NCBI RefSeq assembly: GCF_036378875.1
Contig: NZ_DASUVO010000140.1
Span: forward strand, 30,864 to 94,863
Direction of reading: 5' to 3'
DNA: 64,000 bases
Source of the DNA: Actinophytocola sp.
Lineage (GTDB): Bacteria > Actinomycetota > Actinomycetes > Mycobacteriales > Pseudonocardiaceae
A model generated the notes under the pieces. That model did not search any database. It saw nothing but the letters and a program-made list of their open reading frames with translations, and was not told the DNA's origin. Both the position numbers and the translations under genes were made by a program. Positions 30,208-39,630 of the stretch are shown piece by piece. How positions within the stretch are numbered: position 1 is the first letter of the stretch; the number at the start of each line of letters is the position of its first letter.

Positions 30208-31043
30208 CCACCACCAAGCCGGACCACAACACGATGCTCGCCGCGATCGAACTCGCCAACCGCGCACCGTCGGTGTGATCGGTGACAACTCGGCGCACCT
30301 GATCGCCGACGCACCCATCAGCTGGCGGCGACCGACCCCGAGGGCAGGGACCTGCTGTCGCGCTCGCCGGCACGATCCCCCGACGCCGCACGGACCGCCG
30401 CCGCTTCACCTCCTGGGGAGGTGCCGGCCGACCACCTCGACGTCATGGTCCGCGAAGCAGCCCAAGCCGGTGCACTGCTGGTGCCGGTCACCGACAGCGC
30501 CACCCGGTGGCAGCTCACCCGCGCCATCGATCTCGCGGCAACGCAAGCAGGCAGCCAACCCCGACTACCAGGTGGAGCTGGCCGCGTGGAGCGGGCGCGG
30601 CTACGCCGCCCAGGACGGCCTACTCAACGCCAGCACTCCCGTCGCACCGGTGCGGCACGACGACACCGCGATGCGCGCCTTCCCCCGAGGGTCGCTCGCC
30701 AACGCACCGACCGGCCGGGGCGAGCAGGACGGCGGTGAGCTGCTCGTGCTCGCCACCCAGCAGGACGACCCGGTATCGCTGCTGCGTGCAGGTGAAGCGG
30801 CTAGTGCCGCGCTGCTGACGGCCACCGACCTCGGGCTCGCGACCTGCCCGCTGTCGCAACCGCTCGAGATCACCGACACCCGCGCCACCATCCGCGACCA
30901 GGTCCTCGACGGCACCACCCACCCCCACCTGATCCTGCGCGTCGGCTGGGGCGCCCATCTCGGCGCCCCCGCTGCCGCACAGCCCTGTTCGCCGGACCGA
31001 GGACACCGTCGACTACCTGCCGGGCACCCTCAGAAGGGCGTGA
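30204..31043 (+). pseudogene. Acg-family FMN-binding nitroreductase-like gene, degraded
   Basis: MTTTKPDH...ANRAPSV then TGA (30276-30278) where HNTQPW is expected. Downstream Acg segments (DYQVELAAW, DDPVSLLRAGEAASAALLTAT, LILRVGW) are spread over several frames. Confidence 0.8.
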
Positions 31044-31140
31044 CCATCCACATCACCGCCCCCGGTGATCGCCGGCCGCGACGACTTCGTGTTCCCGTCT
31101 GTGGACGACGCGGCTCGTCGCCCATCCCTGGACAGTCGGG

Positions 31141-32919
31141 TCAGCTCAGGGGTCCGGCAGGCGTGGCCATTCCGGCCCCTTCGAGCGCGGTGGCGGCGAC
31201 GGCACGCATGCGGCGAAGCAGCCTGGTCGTCACCGGGCGCACGCGCGGATGCTCGCCACCGTTTGCCGCGGCCTCGTCCTGCCAGCGCTTCTGCCGCGCC
31301 GCGAACGTCGCCGGATCGGCCAGCTCAGCGCAGTCGAGGGTGTCGTGGTCGATGTCCACGGTGATCGTGTCGCCGTCCTCGATCAGGGCGATCGGGCCGC
31401 CCAGTGCCGCCTCCGGCCCGACGTGACCGATGACCAGGCCGACCGAACCACCGGAGAAGCGTGCGTCGGTCATCAGCGCGACGGCGATGCCCTTCTGGCG
31501 GCACAGGGCGGTGATGCGGGAGGTCGGGTCCAGCATCTCGGGCATACCGGGCGCGCCACGCGGGCCCTCGTAGCGGATGACGACCATGTCCTGGTCGGTG
31601 AACACGTCCGGGGTGTCGATGAGCGCCGCCAGCAGGTCCTGCTCGCTGTCGAACACCCGTGCCCGCCCGACGAAGCGGTTGTCCACGAGGCCGGCCTCGA
31701 CACCGGCCAGCTTGATCACCGCGCCACCGTTCGGGGCGATGTTGCCCGCGAGCAGGCGAAGTCCACCCGTCGGTTTGAAGGGGCCCGCCACGCCGAAGAC
31801 GACCTCACCGTCCGGCGCTGGCGGGTCGAGCCGGGCGATCTGCTCGGACAGCGTCTCGCCCGTGCAGGTCAGGGTCGAGCCGTCGAGGACGCCGTGGCCG
31901 AGGAGTTCCTTGACGATCACCGGCAGGCCACCGACCGCGTCGATGTCGACCATGCTGTACTTCCCGAACGGACGGGCGTTGACCAGCACCGGCACGTCCC
32001 GGGAGAGCTTGTTGAACTCCTGCTGGGACATGACCTCGGTCCAGAAGTCGATCCCGGCACCGCGAGCGATCTCCGGTGCGTGCAGGACGACGTTGGTCGA
32101 GCCGCCCATCGCGATGGCCACGATCGTGGCGTTGCGGAACGCGGCCGGGGTGGCCAGGTCACGGGGAGTGATCCCCCGCTGGGTCATGATCTCCAGGCAG
32201 TCCACGAGCTGCTCGGGGAACACCTCGACCCGCCGCGGGTCCTCCGACGCCGGCGACACCATGTGCAGCGGCTCCAGCCCCAGCATCGCGATGAACGACT
32301 GCATGGTGTTGTACGTGAACATGCCCCCGCAGCTGCCGTACCCGGGACAGGCGTTACGCGCCCAGCGCTCACGCTTCTCGGTGTCCGGGTCGCCCGCGAC
32401 CTGGAAGCAGCTGACCAGGTCGATCGTCTCGCCGGTCAGCGGGTCCGTGCCAGGGCGGATGGAGCCGTCGGAGAGCACGACCGCCGGGACGTTGCGCTCC
32501 AGGACCGCCGCGGTGGTGCCGACCGGCGGCTTGTCACACGCCACCACCGCGATCACACCCCGAATGTCGCTGCCCTCGAAGTGCAGCGACAGGCCGTCGT
32601 TGGTGGTCTCCCGGCCGATCAACGAGTAGCGCATCTGCGGCGTGCCGTTGCGCTGGCCGTCGGAGATCCCGCCCGAGTAGTTGGGCGCCAGCAGCCGCAC
32701 CGGCAGGTCACGCTCGGCGATCCGGCGGCCCATGGCCGCCTGGATGGCCTCGACCTTCTCGTTCACGCCGATGTAGCAGACGCTGTCACCCAGCGTCCCG
32801 ACCACACCCCACGGCATCCCGTGGATTTTGTCGACGTCCTGCCCCAACACCCGCGCCGTGGCCACCGCCTGACAGTCCTGACCAGGCCGCCACACCTCCT
32901 GGCCGCTCGACTCGCTCAT
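31141..32919 (-). CDS. IlvD/Edd-family [Fe-S] dehydratase
   Basis: VACDKP, CPGYGSCGGMFTYNTM, AMGGSTNVVLH, GNIAPNGGAVIK, RYEGPRGAPGMPEM and TDARFSGGS...GHVGPEA. The N-terminus is shortened and divergent. Confidence 0.9.
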   Translation of the reverse strand: MSESSGQEVWRPGQDCQAVATARVLGQDVDKIHGMPWGVVGTLGDSVCYIGVNEKVEAIQAAMGRRIAERDLPVRLLAPNYSGGISDGQRNGTPQMRYSLIGRETTNDGLSLHFEGSDIRGVIAVVACDKPPVGTTAAVLERNVPAVVLSDGSIRPGTDPLTGETIDLVSCFQVAGDPDTEKRERWARNACPGYGSCGGMFTYNTMQSFIAMLGLEPLHMVSPASEDPRRVEVFPEQLVDCLEIMTQRGITPRDLATPAAFRNATIVAIAMGGSTNVVLHAPEIARGAGIDFWTEVMSQQEFNKLSRDVPVLVNARPFGKYSMVDIDAVGGLPVIVKELLGHGVLDGSTLTCTGETLSEQIARLDPPAPDGEVVFGVAGPFKPTGGLRLLAGNIAPNGGAVIKLAGVEAGLVDNRFVGRARVFDSEQDLLAALIDTPDVFTDQDMVVIRYEGPRGAPGMPEMLDPTSRITALCRQKGIAVALMTDARFSGGSVGLVIGHVGPEAALGGPIALIEDGDTITVDIDHDTLDCAELADPATFAARQKRWQDEAAANGGEHPRVRPVTTRLLRRMRAVAATALEGAGMATPAGPLS

Positions 32920-33005
32920 CCACCCATCCCCTCGTCCGGTACCGTCGCCAGCCTCCCGATTATCAGGCCGGGCGTCAGTGCGGGCTCGGGCGCACCCACC
33001 TCGTG

Positions 33006-34118
33006 TCACGCCGACCACGTCGGCACGGCGGGTGAGTGGGTGTAGAAGTCGCGGTGAGCGATGGCGGCGCGGCGCCAGGTGTAGGTCGCCGCGAGCAGGC
33101 GGCCCGCGGTCGGCTCGGGTCGACGGGTGAGCATGCGATCCATAGCCGTCGCGATGTCGTGGACATCCGCGGCGAACGCGACGGAACCGCCGGCCCCCGC
33201 GAAGACCTCTCGTAGTACCGGGAGGTCACGTGCGACCACGGGCACTCCGGCGGCCAGTGCCTCCATCGCCGCGAGTCCGAATCCCTCCTTCGTGGACACC
33301 ATCGCCAGCGCGGACGCCTCCGCGACCAGCGCGGGCAGCGCGTCTTCCTCGAGAACGCCGGTGATCACCGGCTCGACTCCCAGCTCGGCCGCACGGGCCT
33401 CGAAAGCCGCGCGGTACTCGCGGTAGTCGAAGAGCGTTTCCCCGCCGCCGATCACCAGTCGCAGGTCGGGGTGGTGGCCCCGCAGGAGGGCGAATGCCTC
33501 CAGCAGGTCGATGGATCCCTTGCGTGGCTCGATTCCGCCCAGCGCGAGGACATAGCGGCCGAGTTCGGCCCGCCACCGTTCTCGGCCGGCGGCGTCGTCG
33601 GCCGCCGCGGCGAAGCGGGCAGCGTCCACGCCGTTGGGGATGACGGTCGGTGTGAGGCCCCAACGCCTGTTGACCTCGTCGGCTACCGACGCCGACACGC
33701 AGATGCGGGCGGTCGGCTCGACGACGGCTCGTTCGTGGCACCTCGCGAGTTCCGGGGTGGTGAAGTCGTCGAGGTGGTGGATGGTCCGCAGGCACGGGAG
33801 CGCGGCGTTGGCGCTGATGCAGTCCTGTGCGTGGACGATGTCGTAGTCCGTCCTCGCCAGCGAGAAGGCTTCACGCAACACCGCTATGGACCGGACGATG
33901 CGTTCGCCGACGGGCTCGTCCTCGGCGGCGTGGAAGGGCACCGTGTGCACCGTGACGGCAGGGTCGACCGGTCGGAAGAAGGTCGTGTCGCCGCCGCGGC
34001 CCAGGGTCCAGACGTGGACGTCCTCGCCGAGTTTCGCGAGTGCCTCGGCCAGCGCGAGGGTGTGCACGACGCCACCGCGTGGGCGGGTGGAATAGGTGAG
34101 GAGAGCGATGCGCGTCAC
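33006..34118 (-). CDS. MSMEG_0565-family glycosyltransferase (GT4)
   Basis: VTRIALLTYSTRPRGGVVHTLALAEAL, HAQDCISANA, GGIEPRKG and EGFGLAAMEALAAG; GTGA overlap with the upstream gene. Confidence 0.9.
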   Translation of the reverse strand: MTRIALLTYSTRPRGGVVHTLALAEALAKLGEDVHVWTLGRGGDTTFFRPVDPAVTVHTVPFHAAEDEPVGERIVRSIAVLREAFSLARTDYDIVHAQDCISANAALPCLRTIHHLDDFTTPELARCHERAVVEPTARICVSASVADEVNRRWGLTPTVIPNGVDAARFAAAADDAAGRERWRAELGRYVLALGGIEPRKGSIDLLEAFALLRGHHPDLRLVIGGGETLFDYREYRAAFEARAAELGVEPVITGVLEEDALPALVAEASALAMVSTKEGFGLAAMEALAAGVPVVARDLPVLREVFAGAGGSVAFAADVHDIATAMDRMLTRRPEPTAGRLLAATYTWRRAAIAHRDFYTHSPAVPTWSA

Positions 34119-34948
34119 GAGGTGCTCCGGTAGGTCTCCGGCTTGAGCTCGGTGAGGTGGTGCAGCACGCGGCGTGCGGTCGCGATCTCGGCGGCGACAT
34201 CCAGTTCCGCCACCGCGATGCCCGCCTTCGACCACGTGCGGGCGAGGATGTCGCCGCCTGGGCCGACGACCTTGGCCTGGCCGAGGAACCGCATCCCGCC
34301 CATCGTGCCGGTCTGGTTCGACGACGCGAGCACCACCTGGTTCTCGGCTGCGCGGGCGCAGTCGTAGAGGTCGAACAACCGCGACTGCCGGTCCTGTGCC
34401 ATGCGGGGCGAACGGTTGGTGATGCTCGTCGGCCAGGCGGACAGGCACGCGATGATGTCCGCACCGTCGACGGCGAGGCTCCGCGCGGACTCCGGGAAGG
34501 TCTTGTCGTAGTCGATGAGCATGCCGATCCGCCCTACCGGGGTGTCGAACGCCGCGAAGGAGTCACCCGGCGCGTAGACCGCGGCCTCGCCCAGCGGTTG
34601 GTGCACCTTGCGGTGCCTGCCCAGCACACCGTCACCGTGTACGCACACCGCCGCGTTGAACCGCTTGTCGCCGTCCAGCTCGCAGTAGCCGACACACACG
34701 ACCATCTCCCCCGCCAGCGCCGCCACCTTCGCGAGCAGCGGGTGGTCACGCTCGAGCGCGGGCGGCAGCGCGTCCGGGTCGGGCTGCCGCAGGTCGGCGA
34801 GGTACCCGCCGAGCGCGGCGTCCGGCAACACCAGCAGCTGTGCGCCGTCCTGACGAGCGTGCTCGATCAACGTGCCGATGCGCTGCAGGTCGAAGTCGAG
34901 GTCACGCCCGAAGTGCGCAGCCACAACCGCGATCCGTGTTGGAGACAT
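34115..34948 (-). CDS. Carbon-nitrogen hydrolase fold protein lacking catalytic Glu and Cys (probable pseudoenzyme)
   Basis: LVLPDAALGGY (E to D), HRKVHQP (K kept) and GMLIDYDKTFPESAR (C to D), read directly from the codons at 34501-34530 and 34801-34840. Confidence 0.88.
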   Translation of the reverse strand: MSPTRIAVVAAHFGRDLDFDLQRIGTLIEHARQDGAQLLVLPDAALGGYLADLRQPDPDALPPALERDHPLLAKVAALAGEMVVCVGYCELDGDKRFNAAVCVHGDGVLGRHRKVHQPLGEAAVYAPGDSFAAFDTPVGRIGMLIDYDKTFPESARSLAVDGADIIACLSAWPTSITNRSPRMAQDRQSRLFDLYDCARAAENQVVLASSNQTGTMGGMRFLGQAKVVGPGGDILARTWSKAGIAVAELDVAAEIATARRVLHHLTELKPETYRSTS

Positions 34949-34955
34949 GGGCGCA

Positions 34956-35789
34956 TCATCCCGTCCAATGTGGTGGGTACGCCTCGGGCCTGCGGTCACG
35001 GAGGTGGCCCATCGACCGCCGTGCGGTCTCCAGTGCCGCCGTGACGTCCAGCTCCGCGATCGCGACGCCTTCTGCCACACCGGTGTCGGCGATGATCTCC
35101 CCGCCCGGCTCGACGATCTTGGCGCTGGCCACGAAGCGTAGGTCGCCGAACGTGCCGGACTGGTTCGCCGACACCCACACCACCTGGTTCTCCAGTGCCC
35201 TTGCCCGGTCGAACAGGTCGAACCGGCGCTTCCAGCGGTCCTCGGCGAGGTCGGCGGCGGCGTTGGTGCGGCTGCCCGGCCACGCGGACACGCAGACGAT
35301 GATCTCCGCGCCGTCCAGCGCGAGTGCCCGCGCGGACTCGGGGAACGCCTTGTCGTAACAGATCATCATGCCGAGCCTGCCGACCGGCGTGTCGAACGCC
35401 GTGAACTCGGCACCCGCGCCGTAGTTCGCGTCCTCCGACAGCGGCTGGTGCACCTTGCGGTGGTTGCCGAGCACACCGTCCCCGGTGACGCAGACCGCGC
35501 TGTTGTAGAGCCGCTCCCCCGCGTCCTCGCAGTAGCCCGCGACCACGACCATGTCACCAGCCAGCGCGGCCACTCGCGCGATCTCCGGGCCGTCCAGGCG
35601 AAGCGGCGGCGGGCCATCGGCGCCACCGTCCAGATTGGCCAGATAGCCGCCGAGTGCCGCCTCGGGTAACGCGAGCAGGCCAACGCCCTCGGCACGTGCC
35701 TGCGCGACCAGCTTCTCGATCCGCGCCAGGTCCGCGTCGAGGTCGCGGTCGAACGGTGCTGCCACCGCGGCCATCCGCACGACGCTCAT
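34956..35789 (-). CDS. Carbon-nitrogen hydrolase (nitrilase/amidase superfamily), intact triad
   Basis: LALPEAALGGY, HRKVHQP and GMMICYDKAFPESAR give the Glu-Lys-Cys triad. Confidence 0.9.
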   Translation of the reverse strand: MSVVRMAAVAAPFDRDLDADLARIEKLVAQARAEGVGLLALPEAALGGYLANLDGGADGPPPLRLDGPEIARVAALAGDMVVVAGYCEDAGERLYNSAVCVTGDGVLGNHRKVHQPLSEDANYGAGAEFTAFDTPVGRLGMMICYDKAFPESARALALDGAEIIVCVSAWPGSRTNAAADLAEDRWKRRFDLFDRARALENQVVWVSANQSGTFGDLRFVASAKIVEPGGEIIADTGVAEGVAIAELDVTAALETARRSMGHLRDRRPEAYPPHWTG

Positions 35790-37180
35790 GCCCGTCCCAA
35801 TCCGGTCACCCCGGCGGGGACGACCTCTGTCAGTGCGCCGTCCGGCCAGCGCAACCACACCCCGCCGCCGGCGACGAGTTCGCCGCAGTCCGCCGTCACC
35901 GCGGGCCCGGCGGGCGGCACCGGCGCTGCCGGCGCGTCCGCCGTGAGCATCGCGAAGCCGGGGAAGCAGGTCAGCCAGTCGCCCACGGTCGCGTGTGCCG
36001 GGCGCGGCACGGCGGCGACGTCGAGGATCGCGCCGCACCCGCTGGCCTCGGCGAGCATGCCGAGCGTGCCCGCGACACCGGCCATCGAGACGTCCTTCGC
36101 GGCGGCGGGCCGCACAGCACCGACCGAGGCCAGCATGGTGCGCAGCTCACCCGGCGTGCGGCTTGTCGTCGAGTCCCACTGGCGGCCCGTGTAACCACGC
36201 CGCCAGCGACCGCCGAGGTCGGCGGTCAACCGTACGGTGTGGCCGGGTCGGCCTCCGCCCCCTGGCACGGGGTGACGGGTACGGCCGAGCGCGGTGACCG
36301 CCAGCGCGGCGGGCACGCCGAGCTGCGTGTGACCGCCCAGCACCGGCACGGCGTAGGCCTCGCTCGCCTTCCGCAGACCGGCGAGCACGCGGCTGGCGAA
36401 GGAGGCGTCGCGGGCACCGAGCGCGTCCAGCAGTCCGACCGGCGTGGCACCCATTGCCGCCAGGTCGTTGACGTTGACCAGTACCGAGCACCAGCCCGCC
36501 CACTCCGGGTCACGCTCCACCATGGACGGCACGATCGCGTCGCAGGCCGCGACCAGATCACTGCCCGGTACGGGAACGCCGTCGTCGCCGACGAACCCCG
36601 GCACGCCGGGGAGCCCGGTGAGCAGCGGGCCGAGCGCGCTCTTCGTGGCGGCCGCCAGCGCCGCGATCCGCCGGATCGGCTTGCGCATGAGGACGTGCGG
36701 CGTGCCCGCGACCGTCACCGGCCCCACGGCTTCCCAGCCCAGGCGCGCGAAGAACCGCTCGTTGCTCGCCTGCACGGTCGCCTCGAACCGGAGCACGCCA
36801 GCGCTTTCCGCGTGCACGCAGGCGGCGTCGACCAGCGCGGAGCCCACGCGGTGCGTCGACCGGTAAGCAGGGTCGACGACCAGCCGCCCACCCTGCCACC
36901 AGCCGAGGTCCACGCCGCCAGTGACCGGGCCGAGCCGGACACCGCCGAGGACCGTGCCACCGGCGTCGCGGGCCACGAGGACGACCGTGCGTGGGTCGTC
37001 GTCTCGCTCGTCGAGGTCGTGGCGCGGGAAGAGCCCTTGCTGCTCGACGAAGACAGCATGGCGGAGCCGGTGGTAGGCGGCGAGCGTCGCCGCGTCCTCG
37101 GCGACCTCGATGGTGAACGCCGGCCCGCGGGCGACACTCGCGGTGTCGCCCAGCAGTACCAGCACGTCGGCCATCGTCAT
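35786..37180 (-). CDS. MSMEG_0567/sll0787-family GNAT + AIR-synthase(PurM)-like fusion (NitE-NitF-like)
   Basis: GNAT part YHRLRHAVFVEQQGLF...WWQGGRLVV...FEATVQ; PurM-like part GDDG, VNVNDLAAMGA, GGHT and KDVSMAG. Confidence 0.9.
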   Translation of the reverse strand: MTMADVLVLLGDTASVARGPAFTIEVAEDAATLAAYHRLRHAVFVEQQGLFPRHDLDERDDDPRTVVLVARDAGGTVLGGVRLGPVTGGVDLGWWQGGRLVVDPAYRSTHRVGSALVDAACVHAESAGVLRFEATVQASNERFFARLGWEAVGPVTVAGTPHVLMRKPIRRIAALAAATKSALGPLLTGLPGVPGFVGDDGVPVPGSDLVAACDAIVPSMVERDPEWAGWCSVLVNVNDLAAMGATPVGLLDALGARDASFASRVLAGLRKASEAYAVPVLGGHTQLGVPAALAVTALGRTRHPVPGGGGRPGHTVRLTADLGGRWRRGYTGRQWDSTTSRTPGELRTMLASVGAVRPAAAKDVSMAGVAGTLGMLAEASGCGAILDVAAVPRPAHATVGDWLTCFPGFAMLTADAPAAPVPPAGPAVTADCGELVAGGGVWLRWPDGALTEVVPAGVTGLGRA

Positions 37181-37181
37181 C

Positions 37182-38237
37182 TCAGCCTCCTGCCGTCGAG
37201 AGCACGCTGCACGCACCGCATGCCGCGCAGCCCGCCTGCTGGTCGGCGCCACGCATGCCCGCCGCGTGCAGCAGTTGACCGACGCGCCGCGTGACGTCCG
37301 CCACGAGCGACGCGGGTGGCGCCACCGCCCCGTCGCGGCGGGCGAGCGTGCCGAGCATCGGGCGCATCGGCACGACGAACGGGTACACGCCCCGCTCGAT
37401 CAGCCGGGCCGCTCCGGCGACGAGGTCGTCGGGATCCTCGCCGAGACCGATGAGCAGGTACGTGGACACCTGGTTCCAGCCGAAGACACGGACCGCCTCG
37501 TCCCACGCGGCCTCGTACTCGGCCAGCGGCACGGTGGACTTGCCGGGCAGCCAGTGCTTTCGCACGTCGTCGTCGAGCGACTCGACGTGAATGCCGATCG
37601 AAGTCGCGCCGGCCTCCTTCAGCTCGGCCAGCACACCCAGGTCACCCGGCGGCTCGATCTGCACCTGGACCGGCAGCCCGGGAACCGCCGCCAGCACGGC
37701 TCGAACGCAGCGCGCCAGGGTTTTCGCGCCACGGTCTGGACCCTTGGTCGTGCCGGTCGTGAGCACCATCTGCCGCACCCCGTCCAGCCGCACCGCGGCC
37801 TCGGCCACCTCGGCGAGTTGGGCCGGGGTCTTCGCGGCGACGGTGGCGCCGGCCCGCAATGACTCCTCGATCGCGCAGAACCGGCACCGCTGGTCCTCGG
37901 CGTAGCGGACACACGTCTGCACCACCGTGGAGGCCAGGACGTCCTTGCCGTGCAGCAGCGCGATCTGCCGATAGGGGATGCCGTCCGCGGTCTCGAGGTC
38001 GTAGAACCGCGGCCGCCGCACCGCTTCCACGGACAGGCCAAGGTCGAGCGTTCCTTTGTGGACACGTCCGTCCCTGACCGTGTACGGGCTCTCGGGGTCG
38101 AGCGGGATCGCCGCGTTGGCGCCGTCCACGACGAGATGCCCGTCGTCGCTCGGGCCGGCACCCTTGTGACGGGTGACCGGCGCGGCCAGGTTGACGCCGC
38201 GCACGGCCAGGTCAGCTCGAATGTCTACTACGGACAT
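37182..38237 (-). CDS. MSMEG_0568-family radical SAM protein (NitD-like)
   Basis: GAGPSDDGH, QTCVRYAEDQRCRFC (Cx8Cx2C), LTTGT, GIHVES and a C-terminal AGCAACGAC. Confidence 0.9.
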   Translation of the reverse strand: MSVVDIRADLAVRGVNLAAPVTRHKGAGPSDDGHLVVDGANAAIPLDPESPYTVRDGRVHKGTLDLGLSVEAVRRPRFYDLETADGIPYRQIALLHGKDVLASTVVQTCVRYAEDQRCRFCAIEESLRAGATVAAKTPAQLAEVAEAAVRLDGVRQMVLTTGTTKGPDRGAKTLARCVRAVLAAVPGLPVQVQIEPPGDLGVLAELKEAGATSIGIHVESLDDDVRKHWLPGKSTVPLAEYEAAWDEAVRVFGWNQVSTYLLIGLGEDPDDLVAGAARLIERGVYPFVVPMRPMLGTLARRDGAVAPPASLVADVTRRVGQLLHAAGMRGADQQAGCAACGACSVLSTAGG

Positions 38238-38241
38238 TCGG

Positions 38242-38754
38242 TCACCACATGTAGGTGGAGTTGATGATCGCGCCCTTGCGGGCGTAGTGAATGAGCGCGT
38301 CCTGGACGTCGAGCGGGTGCGTCGGGATGACACCCTCGATCAGGTCCTCCTCGCGCAGGCCGTGCAACGAGAGCCCGAAGCGGCAGCAGTAGACCTTGCC
38401 ACCTTCCTTGATGAACGTCTTGAGCTGGTCGTTGATGTTGTGCTCGCCGGGGAACGCCGAGTTGCCGGTGGTGGGGAAACCTCGGGTGGCCATGCAGTTC
38501 ATCGCGCCGGGCCCGTAGAAGTAGATCGCGGACTCGAAGCCCTTCCTCAGTGCGCGGGTGGCCTGCAGGATCGCCACGAAGCTCACCGACGACTCGTGGG
38601 CGATGCCGTGGACGAGCGTGAAGTAGGACTGGCCCTCCTCGGCCTGGTAGTCGGGGAAGACCTTGGTGCCGCCGTAGAGGTTCGAGCCCTCGGGCAGCGA
38701 CGGGTGCGGGATCTCGTTCAGGCTCTGTGATTCGAGCTCGGTCAGGTCGGTCAT
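38242..38754 (-). CDS. MSMEG_0572/sll0783-family DsrE-like protein (NitB-like)
   Basis: KVFPDYQAEEG, VHGIAHESSVSFVAILQA, YFYGPG and YCCRFGLSLHGLREEDLIEGV. Confidence 0.9.
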   Translation of the reverse strand: MTDLTELESQSLNEIPHPSLPEGSNLYGGTKVFPDYQAEEGQSYFTLVHGIAHESSVSFVAILQATRALRKGFESAIYFYGPGAMNCMATRGFPTTGNSAFPGEHNINDQLKTFIKEGGKVYCCRFGLSLHGLREEDLIEGVIPTHPLDVQDALIHYARKGAIINSTYMW

Positions 38755-38772
38755 GGTCTGTCTCCTTCGATT

Positions 38773-39600
38773 TCAGTCGTAGAGCTCCGCGAAGGTGTCG
38801 CGGAAGACGAGGTCGGCGAGTTCGCCGTCGCCGGCGACGGCGGCCAGCCGCGCGTACTCGCCGGCGTGGTCGCCCCAGGGTTGGTCGGAGGCGAAGAGGA
38901 TCCGGTCGTGCCCGATGCCGCGGCGCGAGACCTCCTCGGCGAGCCATCGCGGCGTGAACCCGATGGCCCAGGAGAGGTCGGTGTACACGCGTTTGCCCGC
39001 CGCGATCCAGTCGAAGAACCGGCTGCCCGCGAGCTTGATGTGTCCGCTCATGCCGCCGCCGAAGTGCACCAGGTGCACCGCGACGTGGTCGCCGTACCAG
39101 TCGACCAGGTGCCCGACCTCGTCGATGTCCGACGCAGCGCCCGGCGAGGTGTGCACGTGGACGACGAGGTTCCGCTGCCGTGCCACGGCGAAGATCCGGT
39201 CGAGACCGGGACGGCAGTCCTGCTCGGTGGGCCGCCCGCCGAGCAGGAAGCTGAGCTTGAGCGCCCGCACGCCTTCCTCGCCGGCGAGCGTGAGTGCCTT
39301 GTCGGTGCGCTCCCGGTCACGCGGCAGTGGTGACACCCACAGTGCGGCGCGGATCCGGTCGTCGCGCGACGCGGCCTCGACGCAGAGTTCGTTGAACGAG
39401 AACGCGATGTCGGGGTCGGGCACGCCGTAGTTCGGGATCACCAGCGCGCGCTCGGTGCCTTCCGCGTCGAGGTCGGCGATCAGGTCCTCGATCGTGGCGC
39501 GCGCCGTGACATCCGGGCGCACCGGCGGCCCGCCGTAGAAAGGAAACGCGGGCAGTACACCGAGGTGCCGATGCGCGTCGGACAGTCCTTTTCTGGCCAT
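38773..39600 (-). CDS. Amidohydrolase-superfamily metalloenzyme (amidohydro_2-like)
   Basis: DAHRH (HxH), VHVHT, HLVHFGG and FASDQPW metal ligands. Confidence 0.85.
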   Translation of the reverse strand: MARKGLSDAHRHLGVLPAFPFYGGPPVRPDVTARATIEDLIADLDAEGTERALVIPNYGVPDPDIAFSFNELCVEAASRDDRIRAALWVSPLPRDRERTDKALTLAGEEGVRALKLSFLLGGRPTEQDCRPGLDRIFAVARQRNLVVHVHTSPGAASDIDEVGHLVDWYGDHVAVHLVHFGGGMSGHIKLAGSRFFDWIAAGKRVYTDLSWAIGFTPRWLAEEVSRRGIGHDRILFASDQPWGDHAGEYARLAAVAGDGELADLVFRDTFAELYD

Positions 39601-39630
39601 GGGGGAATTCCGTTCTCACGGCAGGAGATG

